A DNA stretch of 63,050 bases, filler included, from Catajapyx aquilonaris (GCA_000934665.2; 4 parts of 4 records of this genome joined end to end with filler, not necessarily neighbours in it); one strand, 5' to 3'. Counted from the whole stretch's first letter, positions 34,704 through 47,435 are shown. Made by a program: numbers and translations. The notes: generated by a model from the sequence alone, not told the origin.

Positions 34704-37700
34704 ATGGGGATTGAGTTAGGGGAGAAGAAGGTGAGTATCAGTGTGGAGTGACCAAGGGATGGTCGTGTTCAGTGACGGTGTCGGAATCAATCCGGAATCT
34801 CAGGTACAGTCCGGAAATAGTCCAGTCGGAAACTGGACAGTATGGATGTAGTCCAGTCGGAAACTGGACAGTCCAAAAGTAGTTCAGTGGAAAACGATTG
34901 ACAGTCTGGAAATAGTCTTGTGGAAAACTATTGACAGTCCGGAAATAGTCTAGTGGAAAACTATTGGCAGTCCAGAAAATAGTCCAGCGGAAAACGATTG
35001 ACAGTCTGGAAATAGTCTTGTGGAAAACTATTGACAGTCCGGAAATAGTCTAGTGGAAAACTATTGGCAGTCCAGAAAATAGTCCAGCGGAAAACGATTG
35101 ACAGTCTGGAAATAGTCTTGTGGAAAACTATTGACAGTCCGGAAATAGTCTAGTGGAAAACTATTGGCAGTCCAGAAAATAGTCCAGTGGAAAACTATTG
35201 ACAGTCCGGAAATAGTCCAGCGGAAAACGATTGACAGTCTGGAAATAGTCTTGTGGAAAACTATTGACAGTCCGGAAATAGTCTAGTGGGAAACTATTGA
35301 CAGACCAGATAATAGTCAAGTGGAAAACTATTGACAGTCCGAAAATAGTCTAGTGGAAAACTATTGACAGTCCGGAAATAGTCCAGTCGAAAACTATTGA
35401 CAGTCTGGAAGTAGTCCAGTAGTAAACTTGGCAGCACTTGGCAGTCTTGACGTATAGTTCAGTCGAAAACCTGACAGGCTTCCGGACACATGCTGGTATA
35501 GTACATTCGGAAACATGAGGCAGTCCGGATAAGGCCCTCCAGCACGGTGTTGCCACATAGTGCATACAATTTATGGCAGTTTTCCGCATGAAAATGGCAA
35601 CGCGTGAGGGTCAGATTACATTTTTGATTGGATTCTAGTATTTCTGAAGTTTTAAAAGTAGGTCAGTTATATTTATAAACCATGATATGCTATCAGAGAT
35701 CTGGCAGTGCGAACCAAGCCACTTGTGGTCGTTTATCATCGGCAATTACTTCATAGAGAGGCCGGCCGGACCTTTCCGGAACCCGTTGCAATTGATTCTT
35801 TATTGTGACGTTAGCAGATCCCAGAGGCGACGGACGACAGCAGGATGGCGACGAGCGACGAGGAGGACTGGAAGGACACCGACGATGGACAGCCGTCGCC
35901 TCAGACCCTGGCCAGAAGGACCTCCGTCTCTCTGCCCAACCTGGAGATGCTGCTCAGGCTCCAGGAGGTGAGATGTGGCAACGCTGCCCACGATTATGCC
36001 ACGCACATGCTGCCATCTAATGAGCCGCAAATTAACCGAACAATTTGGAATGGCACCGGCACGGCATCTTCACACGTTACGCAATCTCTAAAAAAAAATA
36101 TGGAGATGAATATTTATAGCAATTTGCGCTCTATTTACGCAGAGACTATGACGCGCGGAGTTTGCGTCACATCAGCTGTGCTATAGGAGAAACAATAAAT
36201 CATTTTAATTATAGATATTCACATTATTAAGGGGTCGCATCAACCCAAATTAAGTATAGGCTACGAAACCTCCGATTTTTTTCCACAATTCGTAATATTA
36301 ACTGCGATAAATCAAGCAATTAAAATGAAAATTAGAATTACCCGCATTAATAAAATAATTAAAAAATCACACCAATAAAAGATTAATTGATTCAGTTATA
36401 ATCATTGATTGAATAACCAATTAAATAGTGCACAGTAGGCTACCTAATAAAGTCAGTAAAATTACTAATAAATCAATTCTAATAAAATAACCAATATAAT
36501 TAATAAAATAATTGTGTATCAGTAACTTAGCTAATTTAACCAATAAGGCAATAACCTTTACCAATAGTTAAGGAAGTAAATTAGGCAATAAAATTACTAA
36601 CAAATGTAATTATCTTTGTCGAGTTCGTTTATTGGCCATTTATTAGTCATATTTTATTGGTTTAAAACTCAACCAATAACCTCTAGCGTCTAACCAATAA
36701 AATAAACAAATGAAGTAAATTAATAAAATAATAAAATAAACAAATGAAGTAAATTAATAAAATAATAAAATAAACAAATGAAGTAAATTAATTAAATAAT
36801 AGAATTAACAAATGAAGTACATTAATTAAATAATAGAATTAACAAATGAAGTAAATTAATTAAATAATAAAATAACCAATGACATGTCCAGCGAAGTAAA
36901 TAACCAACAAAATACACAACTAATAAAAAACCAATAAAATAACTATTAAAATATTTTATTGTCAATTTTAATAGATAATTCAACAATATTAACCAATAAA
37001 GTTACTAGCAAATAAATTAACTCATATATTGATTAATGGAATTAACCAATAAGTTACTAGCAAATAAATTAACTAATATATTGATTAATGGAATTAGCTA
37101 TTATATTGATTAATGGAATTAACCAATAAATTGATTAATGAAATAAATTAACGAAAAGGTCCTATAAAGTAAATAACCAACAAAATACGTATAACCAACA
37201 AAATAACTGATATGATTCATTTAATTTACCCCGTGTTCGAGCCTTTGGCTCGTTTTGGGGTACAAATAACTAATATGAATGAAAATGGACTTATCAACAA
37301 ATTTAAATAAAAATTATTAATAAAAAATGAAATGAACATCAATTCCACGACAATATTATAATACTCTGAGCTTTTCACTGATAGGCAATGATTGTGTTGG
37401 GTGCATGCAACAGGGTCGATGTTAAGCAAGTGTGAGACCCAGTGTGAGCCGCACCTAACTAGTGTCGGGTCGTCGACACTTACGACACATGTTGTTATTA
37501 TATGCCGCCTATTATAATATTCGTGGTATGCCTTTCATTTCCCATACCGTGATGCTTACATGATGCCCGAGGTCATAATATTAGGTGGGTGGGAAGGGAG
37601 GGCACCAAAGAGGTGTTATTTTACCTAGAGCCATCTGGTGAAGGCCAAGGTCTGCAGCATGCAATTGTGCCTTCTCAAATAGCCGGCTATTTAGTCGATA

Positions 37701-39960
37701 GGTAATACCCAGAGTGACGCAAGAGGTCGTTATGAGGACATTTGATATCGGGGTCATGCTATGTACAGCCTCAGTCAGTTAGTCATGGTCTGGCTGTGTG
37801 TTCACACCATTGCGATGTATGTAGATGACGTGTAGTGACGTCAAATGTCGTTGGAACAGTTGGTACGAAAATGTTTGCAAATTTGTCAAAAATGTGGGGA
37901 AAATATGGAAAAATGTGCAAAATTTTCTAATCCAGCAAAGGGACAGGGAGGAGCGTGCCTTGGGTCACCCTAGAGATGACAGCGAGGTCAGCGACATCAG
38001 CGACGGGTCAGATGACGTCTCGGACGAGGAAGAAGTGGTGCCCACCTCCAGGTAAAACACTTTTTTCCTCATCATCTGGCTATAATTGACGTCAAACCCT
38101 TCCCAAACATCCGGCTGACGTCACGCCTTCCCTTTTCAAAGAGAGATTATTTGAAATCAGTTGCATTCCACGCATTGCACACCGAGACAATACATGTCAT
38201 CGTCATCATCAGTTGTGATCCTTCGCAGGACGCCCTTAAGGAGGAAGTCCAAGGCCCCTCCGCCTCTCAACATCGTCAACTCCAACTTCCTCAAGTCCGA
38301 ACCCGTGGCACCGTCCCCAGCAGTGTCAACAAACAGCATCAACAGTCTGTCCAGTCTGCTTAAGGACCGTCTGGTTGTAAGTATATTGCTCATTTTGCGG
38401 GGGTAGTACATATGTGTGTTTCAAGGAGTCGCTCGATAGATGGCAGCACTACCTGCTCCAACTGATGGTAGTGCTGCCATCTAGCGACCAGTCAGAGCAG
38501 GTACTACTGCCATCTAGCGAGGAGAAGCCTATACTTGACCTCGATGTGGCATTTCAGACATATTAACAGTTATAAATTATAATGTATCAATTATTTTCGG
38601 CGGTAATTTTTATTCGTTGCACAGAGTTCCGGTTGCACAGCCCCCAGGAAACATTTTCCGGCTGGAAAAGGGACAGAAAAGTTCGGTGCAACAGTGAAGG
38701 ACACTTTCATGGATCCACTTTTCCAGACGGAAAATGTTGGCTGGAGGTGTAACCTACCTTTGATTCAATTTGAAGTAATTTAATTTAATCAATCAATCAA
38801 TTAATCTATATATTTATCATTCGTATTTATAATATAATATAAATAACTACAATAAATAATAACGGCAATAATTAATAACAAATACGTAATATAAATAATA
38901 AATAATATAAAATAAGTAGTATAAGTAATAAATAATATAAAGTAGTATAAGTAATAAATAATGTAAAGTAAGTAGTATACATAATAAATAATATAAAGCA
39001 GTAAAGTAAATAATAAATAATAAACAACTAATGTGAAATATAAAATGACTATTAAAATAAATCATGAGTAATAAATTAAAAATAAAATAAAAATAATTAA
39101 TACATAAAATAAAATAACAATAACTCATTTACTTTAATCTATTTATATGTATTCTTATTCTAACAATATTTATATTTATATTTATTGTCTTATTTTGACA
39201 ATTTATATTTATTGGCTTATTTTAACAATTTTTATATATAATATATTTATTTTTCAATTTTAATTACTTCATAAATTTTTATTTATTTACTTCTTCTTAC
39301 TTATTGATATCGGTATTTAATTCGACTCACCCGAGTATCATACGTACAGAGCCTCAAACTTCGATGATAATTTTGTTTCTATTTATAAATTAATATGTAA
39401 AATATACATAAATGTATGCATATAAATCAGGCGAAATTTGTCAAGATAACGAAACCTGGACATAATAATATATTATGGTGTCACAAATCATGAATACTTA
39501 TGTTAGTACTGGGAAAATAAATTTCGCAATAATTTCGCACAAAATATTTGGATATAAATTTTTTCACCTGGAATTGTTGGACCAATCCTGAGCGAACCGG
39601 ATAAGCAGGAAAATTTCGCATGTTGTGTTTTTCCCCACGCACACACAATAAGTGGGACACAAACAAAAAAATCTATCCGTGCAAACCAGTTAGATTTAAT
39701 TGCAGCAGCGTCTGCTGTGTGCAAATTGCGATGTCAGTTCAGTAACTAGTCTGTGTGCGATGATGATGCAGGTGCTACTACTGGTGCTCTACGACAATGG
39801 GCAACAACAGACGAGGAAGCGGTGTCCGTTATAGTAGGAGGGTCAGGAGGTACTCCAACCAGACACGATGGGTACCGTATTGTCTTACAAATTTTTGTGT
39901 GTGTTGTCGGCACATTATTTGCATTAACATGATAATGTGTTTCCTGCATTGTATGGCAGC

Positions 39961-40017
<57 letters not shown>

Positions 40018-40303
40018 GCAATTGTGTTGCAATTATATGCACAACACTTTATATGTATTGTGGTCAGATTCTGCTTCCAATCCAGGGCCGTTGGAGCGCA
40101 CAGGTGGTTTGAGTCACAATCGAGGTCAATTGCGGATTAGTGACGCTGACTTGCATTAGTCACGGCATATGTATTGTACAGCGGTTGTCACCTGAGCAAT
40201 TGAAGCACCTGCTGGAATGCTGCAAATAAAACATGTGCAATGAGAATAAGTTACGTTCATGTCGCAACTGGCGTTTGAAGCGACATCTTAGTTCGGGTCG
40301 GCT

Positions 40304-40368
<65 letters not shown>

Positions 40369-43300
40369 GAGCAGACTTGGTCCAGGCACGTTATGTCCTA
40401 GAAAAAGAGTACAGAGAAAAAAATATTTAACCTTGAAGCGTCCACCTTACACAATAGCTGCAGTGATTTCACTACAATGCTATATAATCAAGAGTAAATT
40501 ACACATGCCTTAAAGTCTCTGGCCCGGTTACGCCGCAGCTCAAGTGTGGAAAGTACAGAGCGACAAGTCTGAAAATTTTCCACAAATTATTAACAACTGG
40601 TAACAGAATCCCAATTACTTAACATTGCTGACGTGACATATATGTTGTCTCATTGTCTTAAAAAATTTGGGTGTTTTTAAAATACGTTTCGTACTCATCC
40701 TATCATTTAATTTTTTTAAACACACACACTCTGGTTTTTCTGGGTCCGCCTTGAATCTACATAGATAATTATAAAAGGCAAAGTTCGTTGGTTCGTCCAT
40801 TTTACACCAATTTCATTAACCATCTATATGTACCGTATATAAAAGGAAAAGTTTGTCCATTTCATATCGCCTGTCATGCCCATCTATCTACATGTATATA
40901 AAAGGCAAAATTGGTTCGTTTGTCCATTTAAAACCAATCTATGCACATATAAAAGGCAAAGTTTGCTTGCTTGTCCATTTTATACCCATTTCATACCCAT
41001 TTATAAAATATGTAAGCATGGTTTGTTTGTTTGTGTATATAGGTTTGGTAACCATGGCAACCGATTTCCATGGCAACAGGTTGCTATGGTGACAACAACG
41101 ATTGAGGGTTGTGGATAACATATTCCCATGGAAATCCGGTTTTCATGGCAACGGATTTTCATGGTCTAATAGTATCAACAACGATTGAGTGTTATTGGGG
41201 ATGACATTGCCGTGGTTGCCTGGAATCATGGCAACAGTTGTCCATTGCAACCGGTAGTTATGGTGTCAACTAATTGAAACAGCCCATACGGTGAATGGGT
41301 TTTCCTGCTAGTGACTAATTGAATGCTATACTTCCAGATGACCATACCTGGTGTGCTGAAGGCCAAGCGGCCCCGGGAGTACAAGCTGCAGGCCTTCGTG
41401 GCCTTCCTCTTCGTGGCCATAGTCTTCCTGGTTGGGTTCGCGTACGTCTTCTACCACCAGCAGGTCCTCCAGCGGGCGTACTTCGAACGGATCAGGTTCA
41501 ACCAGGAGGAGAGGCACGTGCGGGTGTTCGACCGAGGAGGGATCGAGCTGCTGTCTGGTTGGCTTGGCGTCACCCTGCCGAAGAGGGCTCAGGGCTACCC
41601 GTGTCTGGAAGGGAAGTGGCCAAGACCTGGCGCTGTGTGTATCGAGTGGGACGGACTGGCCAGGCTGTCACTGCATCACCATCCGGGGGCGGCAGTGGGG
41701 CAAAACATGGAGGAGCTGAGGTGCTACGAGATATACTGGGAAGGACTGGGTGATACGACCCCAACGGACTGCTTCGATATGGAGGAGCGGAAGGGGATAT
41801 GGTATGGTGGCGGTGAGGCTGAGCATCCCCGTTGGCCATTCTCCATCGAGATTAAGATGTCACCGTTTGTAACCGGTGATAGGCATAGACAATCATGGGG
41901 GAATGCTCTTCAACGGTACTTTCTCAGCAGCCGTGGCGTTGCGCTGCTCATAAGCGAAGACACTCCGCTCTACGTATCCACATATGAACAGGGCGAACAG
42001 CTCTGCTTGCAAGCCCGACACGACTCATTCGCATACACATACACCAAGCATCCAACGCCGGTACTGAACTACACCGTCTGCACAGCCGCGGACATCCGTG
42101 CCGTCCACTCCAGCCTCGCCGACAAAAGCCTATGGGACGGACTTAAAGACGATGAAAAGGAAGTGCTGTACAACCTTCTGGAAGAACCGGTGTGGCGCTT
42201 CTCATTAAAAGACAAATCGCAAGAAGCGCTGTTGCTACACATGGACCAAATATCAAGTCTGAGTTCGCTGGAGCAAGGCTACGTGCTTTTAGACGAATAC
42301 TGGCAACCGCAGATCGGCGACCTAGAAGTCGATACGTCAAGGTTTAAAGAAATGCCGGAGTTGATCCGAGTCCTGCATCGTCGTGGGTACAAGCTGGCGA
42401 TGACGGTCCAGCCGTTTTTCGATACCGACTGTAAAGGTTATTCGCCTGGTGTTGACTCCGGGATATGGATCAAAGAGCGGGCAAGTCGTGTACCTGCACT
42501 GACTGCGTACAAGAGCATCAAAAGCGGTGCGGTACTGGATATGACGCACAATGCATCAGCTCCGTGGCTACAACAGCGGTTGGTTAAAGTTCGTGAGGAG
42601 CTTGAAGTCGATGCGTTCTTTCTCGATGTGGGTACCGCTCATGATTTTCCGAGGTACTACGAGTTTCATACGCAGCTGCCAAGTCCGGATCATTACTCGC
42701 GTCTGTTCGTACGAGCTGCGATGCAAGTGGTGCCCGTACTTGGCGTATCCAGTGCAATTGTGCGACCGAAGCTTCCGGCCGTCGTTGCAATGTCGGCTGC
42801 CGAATCATCATGGGAAGGCCTCCAGGCGCTAGTCCCGACGCTTCTGACGCTAGGAACTGTCGGGTATCCAATAGTGATGCCAGGACCAATCGGTGGAGAC
42901 TACTTACCTACAAATAACACACATAACGACACTGACGAGTTGTTACCGGGACGTGAACTGTACATGCGATGGCTTGAGTTGGCTCATTTCCTTCCGATTA
43001 TCCAGTACTCGTACCTTCCAAGTGAGTTCGGACCTGAAGTTGAAGAGCTAGCACGTACCCTAACCCGTCTCCGCAAGTCGCTCATCAATCCGATCGTTAA
43101 GAAGTTCGCTAACGAGTCGTTAGACACCGGCTTGCCCATCATAAGGCCGTTGTGGATGTTAGATCCGACGGACACGAACTGTTTGAAGATCGGAGACGAG
43201 TTTAGCATCGGAGATGAGCTGATCGTGGCTCCGATTTTGGCTGCGGGTGTGACCGAACGTGAGATTTATCTGCCCGAGGGTGTCTGGAAGGATGGATTGG

Positions 43301-43404
43301 ATGGCAGCCAGCGGAAAGGCGAACGTTGGATACACAGCTACAAAGTTATGGAGGATCAGATAGCGTATTTTATGAAGCAACCTGAAGGAACAAGGCTGCT
43401 GTGA
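34704..43404 (+). CDS. MYORG: Myogenesis-regulating glycosidase-like protein (GH31, type II membrane), ~835 aa, 5 coding exons
   Basis: Phase-compatible GT-AG exons 34704-34730, 35818-35967, 37936-38051, 38229-38376 and 41338-43404. Features include SPAVSTNSINSLSSLLKDRL, TM LQAFVAFLFVAIVFLVGFAYVFY, WYGGGE, YFLSSRGVA, FFLDVG, ELYMRWLELA and PIIRPLW...DEFSIGDELIVAP...YLPEGVW. The first exon is the least certain. Confidence 0.88.
34805..35420 (+). repeat. 33-bp minisatellite with a 100-bp higher-order repeat, in intron 1 of the MYORG-like gene
   Basis: Monomer TGGAAAACTATTGACAGTCCGGAAATAGTCTAG; a 33+34+33 trimer recurs at 34921, 35021 and 35121. Confidence 0.92.
36690..37140. repeat. AT-rich intronic tandem repeats
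   Basis: ~35-bp AATAAAATAAACAAATGAAGTAAATTAAT-type units at 36695-36875, plus a ~52-bp duplicated unit at 36988-37095. Confidence 0.85.
38432..38521. promoter_or_regulatory. Cluster of three CTCF-like motifs (TAGATGGCAG / CTGCCATCTAGCG)
   Basis: One forward and two reverse copies resembling the CTCF core CNAGRTGGCR, just downstream of exon 4. Confidence 0.35.
39961..40368. repeat. (ATT)n at 39961-40017 and (AAT)n at 40305-40368
   Basis: Read directly; the two tracts are reverse complements of each other. Confidence 0.95.
40756..41311 (+). mobile_element. Non-autonomous Helitron with reiterated 5' ends
   Basis: A|TC start, four ATCTA...TATAAAAGG-AAAGTTTG-like blocks, CCATGGCAAC-type repeats, a 3' hairpin CCCAT-acggtga-ATGGG, then CTAG|T. 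Confidence 0.7.
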
Positions 43405-43533
43405 TGATATGGTAGATTCACCAAAGGTGCAAACAATTTATCCGGTTGTTGTAGCGAACATTCCCACTCGGCCGACCTGTAAATATGTATTATAGATCCG
43501 CAATGAATAAACAAGCTATTGTGAAAACACTAT

Positions 43534-46474
43534 TTACTGTAATATTCCGAGAGATTTGCTCGCATTTTCTTTGCGACCACTGAGTTGTTCAATGTGCAGA
43601 ATTTTAGTACGAAGCGATTCAGGCGCTTGCGTCCCCAACAGCGTGGCCGTCCTGCCTAGAGCGTCCAGCTTTCCTTCCTGTCCCCATCGTTTGCACTGTC
43701 CCTCTACTTTCTGCCAGCTTATGTTACTTCCGAGAACCTGAATCAGCCTTTTTGATTCCACATCGACACCGACTTCCAAAGCATTAAAAAGCATATCGTG
43801 TGTTGCTTCGACTGTCCCATGCACTACGGCTGTCGCTTCATAAATTTTAGTCAGACTTTCTGTCAAATTCTGCCGCAACAAATGGCAAGCAAGCTCCCGC
43901 CGCAATGGAAGCTTCCGATATAACTTGTAGCACCGCATGAATTCCGCAGTTGCCCGATTGTAATTACCGCTCACAACATGAATTTTAACTAACGGACCTA
44001 ATATTATATTGGATGGCTCGCAATACTTCGCTTTGACTAGGAGTTCAAAAAACTGGATCAGATTCGCTGGATCTGTTATGGAGCTTAGGAGGTGCCAGCA
44101 GTTTCGTGATATGTTATCAACGTTACGGCCAGGCTGATGGTCAGTCAGCAACTGTGTGGCCTCGTTATGTCGGCCGGATTTGATAAGCAACGTAGATATG
44201 TCCACTACTTTGTGGTCGTCTACTCGGAAAGACTTTTTCTTAAGGTGCTTCAGTAAGGCTAGAGATTCGTCCACAAGCCCGTGATGCGTGTACACATCTA
44301 TTAAAGCCGCAAACATGCCAGGCGAATAGGCCACATCTGGTTGAGAATCCAGCTCGGCTGTAGTTTCCTTCACTTTTTTGAGGTCCCGATTGCGACAGTA
44401 CATGAGGAGAAGCCGGCGGAGGACGCCACGTGTGTTCATCTGCTTCGAACGCAGCTCCGTCAGATGGCATTCCAGTTGCTCCAAGTCCATATCGCGCTGG
44501 AAAGACATGCGGTAAGTACCTGCAGCGTACGAACAATTACGACTCACCGGATGGGGCATGGTTATGTCCGTTGCGTTCCCTAGATCCACGTTCATCCCTC
44601 TCCGCAGCATGGCATCCCTCAGCTGTCCTAACCCAGTCGTCCGAACCGCGGACACGTGAGCAAAGAAGTGTCCTGCCCAGCTTCCTTCCTTGCCTGGACT
44701 GTCCGAGGCATGGTCGCTGATGAACTGAAGTATGTCCAGTGCCTTCTCGTCTCCAGATTGGCCGTAACATTTGGCCAAAAGCGACACAAGAGTTGAAGCC
44801 GCTACTCGTGATTTGTATCGGGCCACTGTCGACATAACGAACATTAGTCGTTAAAGCTACACCTAAATTAATATCATACCTAAACGATGCGCATTGTCCA
44901 AATCGCCTTGCTTCAGCAGCACCGTTAGGATGGGTCCGAACATGTGCGATACCGAACATCCTTTAGCTTTCAGCTCCGAAATGATCACTTCCGTGTCCAC
45001 CTTTTCCATCATTTTAGGCAGCACGTAATTACTCATCGTCTCCGCATCAGGTTCGACCCCAAGTCGTACCATTTCGCCAACTATGTCTGATGGAATTCCA
45101 GCGACAATTAGGGGCCAGAAATAGTGTGGACGTAGTGGCGTCGAGTCGTCCTTCATTGCTTCCATTACGGACAGGGCGTACTGTACTTTCCGTTGCGACA
45201 GTGACGACTGAAGGGCGCAGTGTAGGGTGCGGGGGTTTGCTTCATGCAGAGAGCGGCACATGTCGATTACTGTCGTTGACGGCTGGAATAAAAAGCTGGT
45301 TAGTTTCAGAATATGCGGCTGGTTGTTAGCATATGTTACCATGTCCGCCTTGACCATTTCCCGTATGAAGAATTCACCGAACGGCACCGGGACACCCCCT
45401 CGTTTATGAACCGCATCTGGAAAGGCAGTCAGAATCTTCCGTGCTTCTTCCGGACGTCCTAAGTGCACCAGCCGCACCACTGTAATTGCAATGATGCCTG
45501 CATCGGCTTCACCGGCCGTACCATGCGCTAACAACGCATCAAAAATGTCCGCATGTCCAACAGCGGATACCGCAACTTTCAGGATGTTACTCAAGGGAAT
45601 GGCACCAGCTTCAGCTAACCAGCGGGACATGGCTGGTACATCCCCAGTCTCAGCGTACGCCCTCACAATTTGGCTGTACGTTTCAGCGGTCGGCGTAACC
45701 TTAGCCGCATGCATCATTTCTAAAAGGCTGTCCACTCGTGAAGATTGCCCGCACTTGATGTGTCCGTAAGCTAGGGCTCCAAATGTGGCTTCGTCTGGTA
45801 GGAATCCGTCTGATTTCATCAGCTGCAGCGTGTCGTCCAGCATGTCCAGGCGACTCTTCTGTCCGCATGCAAGCAACAACTGGACGTATGTGGCTCTGTC
45901 CGGCTTAACCCCGTCTCCGGCCATCTTCCTGAGGAACGACGCAGGCTCCACGTCCTTCCCAGCATCCACGTACGCCTTCAGCAACGAGTTGAAATGCTCC
46001 GTCTTCAGCTCAACTCCGGCCATCGCCTCCCATATGCTCTCGGCTAATCTCACGATGCTGTCCGCACTCTCATCCGGCATGACCTGCCCGTTGCAACCCT
46101 CCAGCATAAGCGTCCATCTGTCCGGATCCGTACTGCTCTCGGACCTGGCCTGATCCAACAGAGTCAGGACGTCCCTCTTGGATATCCTCGCCTGTCGACG
46201 AAGATCCTCCTGCAGGAACATGTACAACGTGTGCGACGCTGGCTGTACAGACGTAGCATCCCTGTAATATTGAAATAATTGTTAACCACTTGGTGCATAC
46301 AATTGGGCACACTAATTACATTTGTGGGTTGTACTTGTAAATTTATAATAATTGTAAATTTGTAAGGAAATTCTGGCAACATGTGCGTTTCTTATAGCCT
46401 CACCTGCTGCTCCAAAATACGGCCGGAATGACACGTCCTGTTATCTTCCACCTGGTCCATCTGATGCAGGACAT
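43534..46474 (-). CDS. LRPPRC: Leucine-rich PPR-motif protein, mitochondrial (LRPPRC / bicoid stability factor-like), ~895 aa, 4 exons
   Basis: Phase-compatible exons 46474-46404, 46261-45340, 45282-44880 and 44825-43534. Basic, acid-free N-terminus MSCIRWTRWKITGR; PPR repeats (HFNSLLKAY, PDRATYVQLL, PTAETYSQIV); LRPHYFWPL and MNTRGVLRRLL motifs. Confidence 0.85.
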
Positions 46475-46577
46475 GACCCTTGACCCGGCCCCTGCCATGG
46501 AGGCCTCTGATTCAGGCCAATTGTTATCAAAATTTGCCAAAAATTAGTTGGAAATTGAAACTTTGGGATTCACTGAG

Positions 46578-46715
46578 GGCGGCCATCTTGGAAAAAAACA
46601 GGGTGGCCAACAGGGGCAGGGTGGCCAACGGGAAAAAGATCGTATATTTATTATTATAATAACTTGATTCTCCTTTTTTAGTGATTTAGATTTTCCTAAT
46701 GAAACAAAATCGATA
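46578..46715 (-). promoter_or_regulatory. Putative housekeeping promoter motifs of the LRPPRC-like gene (YY1/Pho-like and DRE-like)
   Basis: GGCGGCCATCTTGG at 46578-46591 and ATCGATA at 46709-46715, 100-240 bp upstream of the ATG. Confidence 0.35.
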
Positions 46716-47335
46716 AATAAAAACCAAAATTACTATTTTCTGTGACGTAGCTCTCCAGAGCGCTTCATCTCGAGAATATTAATTTTTGCTCCTGAATCTG
46801 TGAATGATGCTCCTGCCTTACCGGCGATTATAATTAAAAATTCTCATAAAATTAGGGCTGACGTGCCTACTAAAATTGCATCATTATTGTATCGTACAGG
46901 TTTTCTCTGGAATTGAGGAACGCTTTGAGTTAGGCCTACTACATCTGCCGCTATATAAAAGTCGATAGTCAATAACCCAATGCAATGTTTGACATACAGC
47001 CTAAAAGGTGTAATTAGCTCTGGTGTTCGGCCGTTTCAAGTGTGGCAACTACTATCTTTCCATCTCGTCTCTCATTTTTGACAGAATAATGACTACTCAA
47101 AACAGTTCATGTCAGGAGCGGTATACTACGTCGCAACCTAGAGAATGCCTACGTGGCACGGAATATGTGACGAGTGAGCCAGCAGACATGGAGTGGTTTG
47201 GATATGTCCTGGTGTGGCTGGTGGTGATTGTGAGAAGAGTGTTGGGAAATAACATTAGCCTGGACAAGGATTCGGAGGAGGACGAGTCTGTGTCCCGACT
47301 GGTGGGACACGTCCTTCGGAGGGCGGATCTGGCTG

Positions 47336-47435
47336 NNNNNNNNNNNNNNNNNNNNNNNNNNNNNNNNNNNNNNNNNNNNTTAATTAATTAANNNNNNNNN
47401 NNNNNNNNNNNNNNNNNNNNNNNNNNNNNNNNNNN
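47336..47435. other. Artificial contig linker
   Basis: N44-TTAATTAATTAA-N44. Confidence 0.98.

Noticed and set aside
34805..35420. Possible CRISPR array (33-bp periodicity)
   Set aside because: Units are head-to-tail with no unique spacers, there are no cas genes, and the context is a eukaryotic intron.
38847..40430. Poly-I/N/Y and hydrophobic ORFs
   Set aside because: Translations of AT-rich DNA and (AAT)n microsatellites inside an intron.
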